From contig JACPSW010000006.1 in the NCBI GenBank assembly GCA_016193045.1, positions 1,116-65,115 on the forward strand: a stretch of 64,000 nucleotides of DNA, written 5' to 3'. Of the stretch, positions 1 to 9,181 are shown one piece after another. Source of the stretch: Candidatus Rokuibacteriota bacterium. GTDB taxonomy: Bacteria; Methylomirabilota; Methylomirabilia; Rokubacteriales; CSP1-6. The position numbers and the translations under genes are program-made. The notes beneath the pieces are model-generated. The model was not told the DNA's origin. It saw nothing but the letters and a program-made list of their open reading frames with translations, and ran no database searches. Position 1 is the stretch's first letter. Each line of letters starts with the position of its first letter.

Positions 1-256
1 CTAATCGTGGGTCTATCCCCTCCTTGGGCGACTGCTGGCTGAGTCATAGCATGTAGGCTAAAAGTACTACATTTCTCGATCGGAAATGTCAAGAACTTCC
101 TGAGCGGGTGAGGGCAGTGTCGGGCAAAATGCCAAGCATCATGCTGTTTTGTAAAGTATTTGACCGTCAAAATGGGTCTCCAGAGAAGGTCCTTCGGGGG
201 CCGCTGAATTCGTCAACCATCGGTGCTATCATCGGTCGAGGCCCCGCGCCCGGCTG

Positions 257-2572
257 ATGATCAACGTCAACAAGCTGTTCCGTCGCCTCAGGATCCGGAC
301 GAAGCTCATCATCGCGTTCGTTCTCCTCGGGGTGGTGCCGGTGGCGGTCGCCGGCGGGTACGGAGCCGTCTTCTCCTTCGCGCTCCTGAACCAGACCCTT
401 CTCGATGCGCTCCAAGAGGGTGTGTCCCTGAAAGCGGGGGAAGTCCGGCAGTTCCTCGAAACCGTGCGGGAAGACGTCCTCTTCCTGAGCCGCCTGCCGA
501 CGGCTCGGGCGCTCATCGAGGCGCCGCCGGACCCCCCGCGAGGCGTCGCCGCGCCGGTAGAGCGGGCCTTCCTGGCGTTCTCGCAATCCCGAAAGGCGTA
601 CTATCAGATCCGCCACCTCGACGAGCGGGGCCGCGAGGTTGTCCGGGTGGACTTCGACGGCGAGCGCCACAAGGTCATCCCCCCGTCCGCCCTGCAGGAC
701 AAAAGCGATCGCTACTACTTCCGGGAGGCCAGGGCAGTTCGCCCCGGCGCACTCTACGTTTCCCCCATGGACCTGAACGAGGAGTGGGGGAAGGTCGAGG
801 CTCCCGCGAAGCCCGTGGTGCGATATGCCACGCGGCTCGTCAACTCCCGCGGGGAGCCGCGCGGGGTCCTGGTGGTCAACCTCTACGCGGCGAAGATCCT
901 CGCGCAGGTGGTGAGCCTGGCGCACGAGCGAGGAACGGTCTCGCTGGTGGACTCCCGCGGCACGGTCCTCGCCCGCTCCGGCCGAGCGGCGCCCGAATCG
1001 GGCTCGTTCCTCGCCACCGGAGAGACGCTCCAGCGCGATTTTCCGGACGACATCACGGCGCGGGCGCTCTCGGGGAGGCCGGGCGCGGTGGCCGAGTCGG
1101 GGCTCCGGGGGCGGATTCTCGCGTTCGCCCCGATTCAGCCGGCCCCGGGACGCGAGTCCTGGATCGTGGTCCATGCCTACGGCAAAGGGGAGGTGCTTTC
1201 CTCGATCCGCTCGCTCCAGGTCCTCGTGCTGGGGCTGGGGGCCGGGGTGCTCGTCATCGCCCTGATCGCGGGAGTGGCCGCGGCGCGGCACTTCACGCGC
1301 CCCATCGGTTCGCTGATCCGAGGCGCCGAGGCCGTGGCCGCCGGAGACTTCGACCGCCCTATCCGGGTCGAGACCAACGACGAGCTGGAGGACCTGAGCC
1401 ACCAGTTCAACCGGATGGCCCGCCATCTCAAGGAGCACGAGCAGCAGCTTCTGGACGCGCGGGAGCGGGCGGAGCGAAAGGCGCAAGAGGCCGAGGTCCT
1501 CTACCGGATCGCCACCGAGATCTCCCAGCTCCTCTCGCTGCCCCGCATCCTGCAGCTCGTGGTGGACAAGGCCCGGGAGCTCCTCAAGGGCGACCTGGCC
1601 GTCCTCTGCCTGGACGAAGCGGGGGGCGGGTTCCGAGTGGGAGCCGCGAGCGGACCGTCCGAGACTCTCGCACTCCGGCCCGGCGAGCCGGTGGACGCGA
1701 TCGGGTGCGCGAAGATCGCTTCCGCCGCGGGCCATTGCCCCGTCCTCCACGGCGCCGGGCTCACGACCCACGTGGCGGTCCCCCTCAAGAGTGGCGAGCG
1801 CGTGGTGGGGACCCTCTGTGTGGGATACGGGACCGCCCACCCCGTCGCCCGGGACGAGCTGGACTTTCTCAACGGGCTGGCCACCCAGGCGGCGGTCGCG
1901 ATCGAGAACGCCCGGCTCCATGGGGAAGTGCGGGACCTGGCCGCGCTGGAGGAGCGGGAGCGGATCGGCCAGGACCTGCACGACGGCATCATCCAGTCCA
2001 TCTACGCCGCGGGGCTCGGCCTCGAGGAATGCGTGCGGCTCGCCGAGGAGGAGCCGCAGGAGGTCAAGCCCAAGCTGGAGGCGGCCATCGAGAGCCTGAA
2101 CACCGTCATCCGCGACGTGAGGAACTACGTCGTGGGCCTCCAGCCTGAGGAACTCCAGGAGCGAGGGCTGAGCCGCTCGCTGGCCGATCTCACCCGGGGA
2201 CTGGCCCTCAACGCCCTGCTCCACGCCGAGCTCCAGGTGGAGCCGGGCATCGACGGCACTCTCACGCCGGAGCTGGCCGGCCAGCTCTTCCACATCTGCC
2301 GGGAGGCCCTGACCAACGTCGTCAAGCACGCCCGTGCCTCCCGGGTCGCGCTGAGCGTGGAGCGCCGAAAGGGCAACCTCGTGCTCGCGGTCGAGGACGA
2401 CGGGGTCGGCTTTGAGCCCGACCAGCATGAGAGCGCCGGGCAGGGGCTGCGCAACATGGGGGAGCGGGCGCGCCGTCTGGGGGGCTCCTTCGGCGTGGAG
2501 AGCGCGCCGGGGCGGGGGACCCGGATCACCGTGGAGATTCCGCTGGAGGAGCTCGAGCGAGGGACGGCATGA
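257..2572 (+). CDS. Sensor histidine kinase: TM, periplasmic Cache-like region, TM, HAMP, GAF, HisKA_3 (H-box HDGIIQSIYAAGLGLEE), HATPase_c
   Basis: Translation shows an N-terminal TM helix, a roughly 260-aa extracytoplasmic region, a second TM, a HAMP-like linker and a GAF-like segment. It has the NarX-type H-box and G1/G2 ATPase motifs (GQGLRNMGERARRLGG). ATG at 257 with a hydrophobic N-terminus. Confidence 0.9.
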   Translation: MINVNKLFRRLRIRTKLIIAFVLLGVVPVAVAGGYGAVFSFALLNQTLLDALQEGVSLKAGEVRQFLETVREDVLFLSRLPTARALIEAPPDPPRGVAAPVERAFLAFSQSRKAYYQIRHLDERGREVVRVDFDGERHKVIPPSALQDKSDRYYFREARAVRPGALYVSPMDLNEEWGKVEAPAKPVVRYATRLVNSRGEPRGVLVVNLYAAKILAQVVSLAHERGTVSLVDSRGTVLARSGRAAPESGSFLATGETLQRDFPDDITARALSGRPGAVAESGLRGRILAFAPIQPAPGRESWIVVHAYGKGEVLSSIRSLQVLVLGLGAGVLVIALIAGVAAARHFTRPIGSLIRGAEAVAAGDFDRPIRVETNDELEDLSHQFNRMARHLKEHEQQLLDARERAERKAQEAEVLYRIATEISQLLSLPRILQLVVDKARELLKGDLAVLCLDEAGGGFRVGAASGPSETLALRPGEPVDAIGCAKIASAAGHCPVLHGAGLTTHVAVPLKSGERVVGTLCVGYGTAHPVARDELDFLNGLATQAAVAIENARLHGEVRDLAALEERERIGQDLHDGIIQSIYAAGLGLEECVRLAEEEPQEVKPKLEAAIESLNTVIRDVRNYVVGLQPEELQERGLSRSLADLTRGLALNALLHAELQVEPGIDGTLTPELAGQLFHICREALTNVVKHARASRVALSVERRKGNLVLAVEDDGVGFEPDQHESAGQGLRNMGERARRLGGSFGVESAPGRGTRITVEIPLEELERGTA

Positions 2573-3225
2573 GCGGCCAGAAGATCAGGGTGCTCCTCGT
2601 GGACGACCACGAGGTGGTGCGGGTCGGCCTGCGCTCGCTCGTGGCCAGAGAGCGGGGCATGGAAGTCGTCGGCGAGGCGGCGGCCGCGGCCGAGGCCGTG
2701 GCCGGGGCGAGCCGGCTCCGGCCCGACGTGGTCGTCATGGACGTGAGGCTCCCGGACCAGAGCGGCGTCGAGGCCTGCCGGGAGATCCGGAGCGCCGACC
2801 CGGCGGTCAAGGTCATCATGCTCACGTCCTACGCCGATGAGGAGGCCGTCTTCAATTCCATCCTCGCGGGAGCGTCCGGCTACCTCCTCAAGCAGATCCG
2901 GGGGCAGGAGCTGGTGCGCGCCATCGAAGCCGTCGCGGCCGGACAATCCCTCCTCGACCCGACCGTGACCCAGAAGGTCCTCGAAAAGGTCAAGCGGCTG
3001 GCCTCGGGCGCCCCGCCCGACGAGATCGCCCAGCTCTCGACCCAGGAGCGGAAGGTGCTGGCCCTTGTCGCCGACGGGAAGACCAACAAGGAGATCGCGG
3101 CGACGTTGGGACTCAGCGACAAGACCGTGAAGAACTACCTCTCGCACGTCTTCGAGAAGCTCAACCTCTCCCGCCGCGCGGAGGCAGCCGCTTTCTTCGC
3201 CCGCCGTCGCTCGCCGTCCCCCTGA
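2569..3225 (+). CDS. NarL/FixJ-family response regulator (REC + LuxR-type HTH)
   Basis: RVLLVDDHEVVR receiver N-terminus, phosphoacceptor VVVMDVRLPD and a C-terminal LuxR HTH (TNKEIAATLGLSDKTVKNYLSHVFEKLN). 4-nt overlap with the upstream kinase. Confidence 0.9.
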   Translation: MSGQKIRVLLVDDHEVVRVGLRSLVARERGMEVVGEAAAAAEAVAGASRLRPDVVVMDVRLPDQSGVEACREIRSADPAVKVIMLTSYADEEAVFNSILAGASGYLLKQIRGQELVRAIEAVAAGQSLLDPTVTQKVLEKVKRLASGAPPDEIAQLSTQERKVLALVADGKTNKEIAATLGLSDKTVKNYLSHVFEKLNLSRRAEAAAFFARRRSPSP

Positions 3226-3226
3226 C

Positions 3227-3246
3227 ACCAGGGCCATCCGGCCCTG
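3227..3246 (+). terminator. Hairpin ccagggcc-atcc-ggccctgg downstream of the regulator gene
   Basis: Perfect 8-bp inverted repeat immediately after the stop codon, followed by a weak T-run ttcctct. Confidence 0.35.
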
Positions 3247-3326
3247 GTTCCTCTAGAGACAAAAAACTCCGGCAAGCGCCCCATTCGGCACTTTTCCCGG
3301 GGCCTCCACGGCTTGACACTCGGAGC

Positions 3327-3704
3327 ATGGAGCGGCTCGTCACGGTCGCGGTCGTCGATGGAAACCCGGGCGCGCGCCGGGGCCTGGTCCGGCGGCTCGA
3401 GCAGATGCGGGGGATCTCTGTGGTGGGCCAGGCGGCGGACTTGGACGGCGCCCTCGGGATGGTCAGCGAGCGACGGCCAGAGGTGATCGTGATGGACCTC
3501 CGGCGGATCGCTCCCGATGGGGCGGAGTCCCTGGGCCGGCTGGAGGGCGCCGCTCCGCGCGTGGGGATCGTGATCTTCACCGCGTATGTCACAGAGCAGG
3601 AACGGGCCGACCTGACGCGAGCCGGGGCCCGGGCGATCCTCCTCAAGGAGATCGATTCCGAGGCGCTCGCCCGGGCGATCCGGGCGGTCGCCCGGCCCAC
3701 ATAG
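3327..3704 (+). CDS. Single-domain response regulator (receiver only)
   Basis: 125-aa REC fold with the conserved Asp (VIVMDLRR), Thr (IVIFTAY) and Lys (ILLKEI). 12 nt upstream of the first peroxidase gene. Confidence 0.8.
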   Translation: MERLVTVAVVDGNPGARRGLVRRLEQMRGISVVGQAADLDGALGMVSERRPEVIVMDLRRIAPDGAESLGRLEGAAPRVGIVIFTAYVTEQERADLTRAGARAILLKEIDSEALARAIRAVARPT

Positions 3705-3716
3705 AGGAGCCACGCC

Positions 3717-4802
3717 ATGAAGGGCTTTGGGGCGTTCGTTGGGCTGATCGGCGTCGTGCTCAGCGCGGGGGCCGCGGCGGGCCAGGCCCTCGCTCCCCTC
3801 CCGCCGCTGGAGCCCCCGAAGAAGGAGCAGGTAGAGCTGGGGAAGTCTCTCTTCTTCGACCCGCGCCTCTCCGGCGACGGCGGAGTCTCGTGCGACAGCT
3901 GCCACGACCCCACCACCGGGTGGGGCGACGGCAAGGCGCTCTCGACGGGCTATCCCGGGAGCGAGTACTTCCGGAACGCCCAGACGCTCCTGAACGCGGC
4001 CTACTACAAGCGGAACTACTGGGACGGGCGGATGGCGGGGCCCGACCTCCCCACGCTCGTCCGCGACCACCTGACCGAGGCCCACTTCATGCAGGTGGAC
4101 GGCCGGCTCTTCGTCGAACGCCTCAGGCAGGTCCCCGAGTACGAGCAGATGTTCCAGAAGGCGTTCAATGGGGAGCCCACCTTCGGCCGGACTCTCAACG
4201 GGATCGCCGCCTTCCTCAAGACACTGACTTCCCGCAACGCGCCCATCGACCGGTACCTCAAGGGCGATGCCACAGCGCTTTCGGCCGAGGCGCGGGAAGG
4301 CCTGGCGCTCTTTCGGGGGAAGGCCGGGTGCATCCAGTGCCACGGCGGGGCGCTCCTCACCGACCAGAAGTTCCACGCGCTCGGCGTGCCCCCGAACCAG
4401 GCCGTCTTCGCCGAGCCGCTCCGCCACATCACGTTCCGCCGCTTCTTCCGCACGCTCGGCGCGCCGAACGCGGAGAACTACCGCGAGGACCCGGGGCTCT
4501 ACGGCGTAACGAAAGACAGGGCGGACTGGGGGAAGTTCAGGACGGCGAGCCTGAGGGAAGTCAGCCGGACCGCGCCCTACATGCACAACGGCAGCCTCGC
4601 CACCCTCGAGGAGGTCGTGGCCTTCTACGACCGGGGCGGGGGCCAGCACGGGAACAAGAGTCCGCTGCTCCGTCCGCTGAACCTCACGGAGTCGGAGAAG
4701 CGGGTGCTGGTGGAGTTCTTGAAGAGTCTCTCGGGCGACCCGGTGGTGATCGAGCGGCCGGAGCTGCCCGACTACAAGCCACGCAAGCTCGGCCAGAACT
4801 GA
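3717..4802 (+). CDS. Di-heme cytochrome c peroxidase (CCP/MauG family), secreted
   Basis: Signal peptide and two CxxCH motifs (CDSCHDPTTGWGDG and CIQCHGG). ATG 3717 preceded by gaggag. Confidence 0.9.
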   Translation: MKGFGAFVGLIGVVLSAGAAAGQALAPLPPLEPPKKEQVELGKSLFFDPRLSGDGGVSCDSCHDPTTGWGDGKALSTGYPGSEYFRNAQTLLNAAYYKRNYWDGRMAGPDLPTLVRDHLTEAHFMQVDGRLFVERLRQVPEYEQMFQKAFNGEPTFGRTLNGIAAFLKTLTSRNAPIDRYLKGDATALSAEAREGLALFRGKAGCIQCHGGALLTDQKFHALGVPPNQAVFAEPLRHITFRRFFRTLGAPNAENYREDPGLYGVTKDRADWGKFRTASLREVSRTAPYMHNGSLATLEEVVAFYDRGGGQHGNKSPLLRPLNLTESEKRVLVEFLKSLSGDPVVIERPELPDYKPRKLGQN

Positions 4803-4813
4803 GGAGACGAGCC

Positions 4814-5959
4814 ATGCGAACCTCTCGATCTGCCGTCCTCGCGCTGGCGGCGCTCCTCCTCGGCGGCGCGCTCTGGGCCGGCGGAGCCCTGGGCCAGGCC
4901 CCGCGCGTCCCCGCCCTCGGCCCGCTGCCGGCCGTGCCCAGCCCGCCCGACAACCCGACGACCGCGGCCAAGGTCGAACTGGGAAAGCTCCTCTTCTGGG
5001 ACACACGGCTCTCCGGCGACGTCTCGACCTCCTGCGCGACCTGCCACGATCCGAAGCTGGACTGGGGGGACGGGGGCGCCCTCTCCCGCGGCTATCCCGG
5101 CACCGAGCACTGGCGGAACTCCCAGACGGTCCTGAACGCGGCCTACTTCTCGAAGCTCTTCTGGGGCGGCGAAGTCACGAGCCTCGAGTCTCAGGCCAGC
5201 GCTGCGGCTACCGGCAACGTGGCGGGGAACGGCGATCCCATCATGATGGAGGAGCGCCTGCGCCAGGTCCCGGAGTACGTCAGGCGCTTCAAGGAGGTCT
5301 TCGGCGTCGAGCGGCCCACGATCGGGATAGCCTGGATGGCCATCGCCGCCTTCGAGCGGACCCTGGTGTCGAAGGCCGAGCAGGTCCCCTTCGACCGCTA
5401 CGCCCGGGGCGACCAGTCGGCCCTCGCGGCCGGGGCCAGGCGGGGGCTCGCCCTCTTCCAGGGAAAGGCCGGGTGCGTCCAGTGCCACAACGGGCCGCTC
5501 CTGTCCGACGAGAACTACCACAACCTCGGCGTCCCGAGAAACCCGGCCTTCGAGAACACCCCGCTGCGCCAGATCACGCTGCGCTACCAGCACGTGATCC
5601 GCGGCGTCCCCGAGAAGCTCTACCGGAGCGCCGACCGCGACCTGGGGCTCTACTACACGACCAAGCAGGAGGCGGACAAGGGGAAGTTCAGGACCCCGAG
5701 CCTCCGCGAGCTGAAGTACACAGCCCCCTACATGCACAGTGGCGTCTTCGGCGCCCTGGAGGAGGTCGTCGAGTTCTACAACCGCGGCGGGGACGAGAAT
5801 CTCAACAAGAGCCCGCTCATGCGCCCCCTCGGGCTGTCGGAGCAGGAGAAAAAGGACCTTCTCGCGTTTCTCCTGTCGCTCTCGAGCGACCAGCCGCTGA
5901 TCGTCGAGCCGCCCGACCTTCCGGACTACGCACCCATGAAAGTGGAGGCCAGACCATGA
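4814..5959 (+). CDS. Second di-heme cytochrome c peroxidase (CCP/MauG family), secreted paralog
   Basis: Internal ATG at 4814 (MRTSRSAVLALAALLLGG signal peptide) preceded by gaggag. Motifs CATCHDPKLDWGDGG and CVQCHNGP. The longer ORF 3890..5959 is an upstream read-through artefact. Confidence 0.9.
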   Translation: MRTSRSAVLALAALLLGGALWAGGALGQAPRVPALGPLPAVPSPPDNPTTAAKVELGKLLFWDTRLSGDVSTSCATCHDPKLDWGDGGALSRGYPGTEHWRNSQTVLNAAYFSKLFWGGEVTSLESQASAAATGNVAGNGDPIMMEERLRQVPEYVRRFKEVFGVERPTIGIAWMAIAAFERTLVSKAEQVPFDRYARGDQSALAAGARRGLALFQGKAGCVQCHNGPLLSDENYHNLGVPRNPAFENTPLRQITLRYQHVIRGVPEKLYRSADRDLGLYYTTKQEADKGKFRTPSLRELKYTAPYMHSGVFGALEEVVEFYNRGGDENLNKSPLMRPLGLSEQEKKDLLAFLLSLSSDQPLIVEPPDLPDYAPMKVEARP

Positions 5960-6498
5960 CCGGACCAGACGGCGAACGACTCTGTCTTTCCCGGCGGGCG
6001 TTCCTCCTCTCAGGAGGAACAGCGGTGACCATCCTGGCCCTCGCGGGGCTCTCCCCCGCCTTCGGCCAGGGGGCCGCGCTCCAGGTCGCCTCCTACCCGC
6101 GCCGGAGGATCGGCCGGGTGAGCCGGCTCACGGTGGACCAGCCCGTGAGCTTTCAATACCCGTGGAAGGACTTCAACTCCACCAACATGCTGGTCAAGCT
6201 CGGCGTGCCGGCCGGCGGCGGCGTGAGCCCCGAGCAGGACGTCGTGGCCTTCTCGACCCTCTGCACCCACATGGGCGGCCCTCTGACCGGCCAGTACCGG
6301 GGCCAGTGGAAGGTCCTCGGCCCCTGCCCCTTCCACCTCACCACCTTCGACCTGACCAAGCACGGGATGGTTGTGGCGGGTCAGGCCACCGAGAGCCTGC
6401 CGCAGATCGTCCTGGAGGCGAAGGGCGACGAGATCTGGGCCACGGGCGTCATGGGTCTCATCTACGGCTATCACTCGAACCTCGCCCGACGGGCCTGA
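5956..6498 (+). CDS. TAT-exported Rieske [2Fe-2S] small subunit of an AioB/IdrB-type molybdoenzyme
   Basis: Twin-arginine motif SRRAFLLSG. Rieske boxes CTHMGGP and CPFHLTTF. ATG overlaps the stop of the preceding peroxidase gene (ATGA), so the genes are translationally coupled. Confidence 0.85.
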   Translation: MTGPDGERLCLSRRAFLLSGGTAVTILALAGLSPAFGQGAALQVASYPRRRIGRVSRLTVDQPVSFQYPWKDFNSTNMLVKLGVPAGGGVSPEQDVVAFSTLCTHMGGPLTGQYRGQWKVLGPCPFHLTTFDLTKHGMVVAGQATESLPQIVLEAKGDEIWATGVMGLIYGYHSNLARRA

Positions 6499-6511
6499 GG
6501 AGGAGTACCTG

Positions 6512-9181
6512 ATGGCAAAGGCGGTCTCCCACTTCTATCTTCCCGAGGACAGGGTCCCACTCCCCCCGCCGGACGCCAAGGTCTCGACCACGGCGTGCGA
6601 CTACTGCATCGTGGCGTGCGGCTACATGGTCTACACCTGGCCGCTGGGCAAAGAGGGCGGGCCCAAGGCGTCCCAGAACGCCCTCAAGGTAAACTTCCCC
6701 GCCGCGATCAACAGCGGGAAGTGGATCAGCCCCAACATGCACAACATCGTCCACGTCGAGGGCACCCCCCATCACCTCGTCGTGGTCCCTGACGGCGACG
6801 CCAGGGTCGTCAACGTCGGTGGCAACCACTCCATCCGCGGCGGAGTGCTCGCCCAGAAGTGCTTCAACCCCAACAAGCCCTCCCAGGAGCGGCTGCTTCA
6901 CCCGATGATGCGCGTCCGGGGCACGCTCCAGGCGATCTCCTGGGACGCGGCCTTCGAGGTCCTGGCGGGGGTCTCCCGCCACGTGCTCGACCGCTACGGC
7001 GAGAGCGCCTGGGCGATGAAGACGTACTCCTACCAGTACTTCGAGAACACCTACGCGATCTCCAAGCTGGCCTTTTGGGCCATCCAGACGCCCGCCTACG
7101 CCCCTCACGACAAGCCCGGCCCCGGGCCCGACACCCCCGGGCTGGACTGGGCCGGAATCGACGCCTTCAGCGCCTCCTACGAGGACTGGGGGGAGGCGGA
7201 CGTGATCTACTTCGCCGGGGTGGACCCCTGGGAGACCAAGTCGGTCCTCTTCACGACCTGGATCATGAACGGCAAGAACCCGGACAAGAAGCTCATCTTC
7301 GCCCTGCCCCGGAAAACGACGGGGGTGGCGTACGGCGAGGGCAAGGGCGGGCTTTTCCTGCCCGTGATCCCGGGGACGGATGTCGTCCTCCAGCTCGCGA
7401 TCAGCCGGGTGATTCTTGAAAATGGGTGGGAGGACAAGGCGTTCATCGAGAAGTGGGTGTCGAACGCCTGGGAGATCGACACCGGCATGGGGCGCGGCCC
7501 GCGCAACACGCCGTCAGAGTGGTTCACCACGTGGGGCCGCTACGGCGTCGGCTTCGCCGACTACAAGAAGTGGATCCTCGGCTACAAGTACGCCGAGCTC
7601 CCGACCGCCGAGCGGATCACCGGTGTGCCGGCGGACTCCATCAAGCGAGCGGCCGAGTTGCTGGCCAAGCCCCGCCCCGACGGCTCCCGCCCCAAGACCT
7701 CGTTCATGCTGGAGAAGGGGATCTACTGGTGCAACAACCTCGGCAACACGACCTCCTTCGCCGCCCTCGGCCTGCTCTGCGGGGCGGGGAACCGTCCCGG
7801 CCGCGTTATCGCGCGGGGCGGCGGCCACCAGCGCGGCTGGATGGGCGGCAGCGGCTACCCGCGGGGGATCTCCCCAGAGAAGTTCCCGGGGCGGCGGAAG
7901 AAGGAGATCGACCTGGACCGCTGGGTGGTGGATGGCCACGTGCGCTTCGCCTGGGTCATCGGCACGACCTGGCTCCAGGCCATGGCGGCCTCCCAGGAGC
8001 TGATGGACGTCTTCGAGAAGCTCACCCGGGGAAACCCGAACCAGATCAGAAGCTTCGACCCCAAATCCGCCATCGAGACGCTCAAGAGGCGCGCGGACTC
8101 GGGCGGCCTGGTCGTGGTGGACCAGGACATCTACCCCGTGGACCCCATCGGCACCCAGTTCGCCGACCTCGTCCTGCCCGCCGCGACCTGGGGTGAGGAG
8201 GACTTCACCCGCTGCAACGGCGAGCGCCGCCTGCGGCTCTACTCGAAGTTCTACGACGCGCCCGGGGAGGCCAGGCCCGACTGGTGGATCATCGCCGGCT
8301 TCGCCCGGAAGATGGGGTTCAAGGGGTTCGACTGGAAGGACTCCAACGAGGTCTTCGAGGAGTCGGCCCGCTTCGGCCGCGGCGGCGTCCTCAACTATCA
8401 CCCCCTCGTCGTGAAGGCCAAGCGCGAGGGCAAGCGCGCCCACGATCTCCTGCGCCAGTACGGGACCGAGGGGATCCAGACGCCGATCCGGATGGTCGGC
8501 GGAGCCCTCGTGGGGACCAAGCGCCTGCACGATTCGACGCTCCAGCTCGGGCCCCCGGAGGGCGTCACGGTCCATCCCAAGTGGCTCACCTCGTTCGACA
8601 CCCACACGGGCAAGGCCATCCTCCTCCGGAGCTACTGGGAGGACTTCCAGGACTTCCACGAGGCGGTGAGCCCCGTGGGAGACGAGCTCTGGGTGACCAA
8701 CGGCCGGATCAACGAGCTCTGGCAGTCGAACTTCGACGACCTCCGCCGCCCCTACATCATGCAGCGCTGGCCCTATCAATTTCTAGAAATCCACCCGGAG
8801 GACGCCAAGGCCCGCGGGATCGAGTCCGGAGACTTGGTGGCCATCGAGAACGACAACGTCCTGGTTCAGACCGGGGGGTATCTCGGCGTGGACGACAACG
8901 AGCTCTCCTTCGCCGAGCTCCGGAAGGCCGGCCACATCCAGGCCACCACCGGGAGCTTCAACGCGGTGGCGATGGTGACCGACGCGGTCCGGAAGGGCGT
9001 GACGTTCGCCTACTTCGGCTTCTCCGGCAACCCCGCGAACTCCGTAGTCCCGCGGGTCCCCGATCCCGTGACCAACCGCTACCGCTTCAAGCTCGGCAAG
9101 GGCCGCATCACCAAGATCGGCGAGTCGCCCTACAAGCGCTCCTTCACCTCCATGAGCTTCGCGCCGCGGCCGATCGCGTAG
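6512..9181 (+). CDS. Molybdopterin (bis-MGD) oxidoreductase large subunit, arsenite-oxidase (AioA) / iodate-reductase (IdrA) clade
   Basis: N-terminal TTACDYCIVACGYMVYTW matches the AioA-type C-X2-C-X3-C [3Fe-4S] motif (cf. CHFCIVGCGYHVY). 889 aa. RBS gaggagg 9 nt upstream of ATG 6512. No signal peptide, consistent with hitchhiking on the Rieske TAT signal. Confidence 0.88.
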   Translation: MAKAVSHFYLPEDRVPLPPPDAKVSTTACDYCIVACGYMVYTWPLGKEGGPKASQNALKVNFPAAINSGKWISPNMHNIVHVEGTPHHLVVVPDGDARVVNVGGNHSIRGGVLAQKCFNPNKPSQERLLHPMMRVRGTLQAISWDAAFEVLAGVSRHVLDRYGESAWAMKTYSYQYFENTYAISKLAFWAIQTPAYAPHDKPGPGPDTPGLDWAGIDAFSASYEDWGEADVIYFAGVDPWETKSVLFTTWIMNGKNPDKKLIFALPRKTTGVAYGEGKGGLFLPVIPGTDVVLQLAISRVILENGWEDKAFIEKWVSNAWEIDTGMGRGPRNTPSEWFTTWGRYGVGFADYKKWILGYKYAELPTAERITGVPADSIKRAAELLAKPRPDGSRPKTSFMLEKGIYWCNNLGNTTSFAALGLLCGAGNRPGRVIARGGGHQRGWMGGSGYPRGISPEKFPGRRKKEIDLDRWVVDGHVRFAWVIGTTWLQAMAASQELMDVFEKLTRGNPNQIRSFDPKSAIETLKRRADSGGLVVVDQDIYPVDPIGTQFADLVLPAATWGEEDFTRCNGERRLRLYSKFYDAPGEARPDWWIIAGFARKMGFKGFDWKDSNEVFEESARFGRGGVLNYHPLVVKAKREGKRAHDLLRQYGTEGIQTPIRMVGGALVGTKRLHDSTLQLGPPEGVTVHPKWLTSFDTHTGKAILLRSYWEDFQDFHEAVSPVGDELWVTNGRINELWQSNFDDLRRPYIMQRWPYQFLEIHPEDAKARGIESGDLVAIENDNVLVQTGGYLGVDDNELSFAELRKAGHIQATTGSFNAVAMVTDAVRKGVTFAYFGFSGNPANSVVPRVPDPVTNRYRFKLGKGRITKIGESPYKRSFTSMSFAPRPIA

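Noticed and set aside
167-2428. Long antisense or alternative-frame ORFs overlapping real genes (e.g. 167..2428 -, 223..2148 +, 3135..5006 -, 44183..47155 -, 40682..42727 - N-terminal part)
   Set aside because: Typical stop-codon-poor frames of about 70% GC DNA. Translations are Arg/Pro/Gly-rich low-complexity without motifs, and each overlaps a gene with clear domain content.
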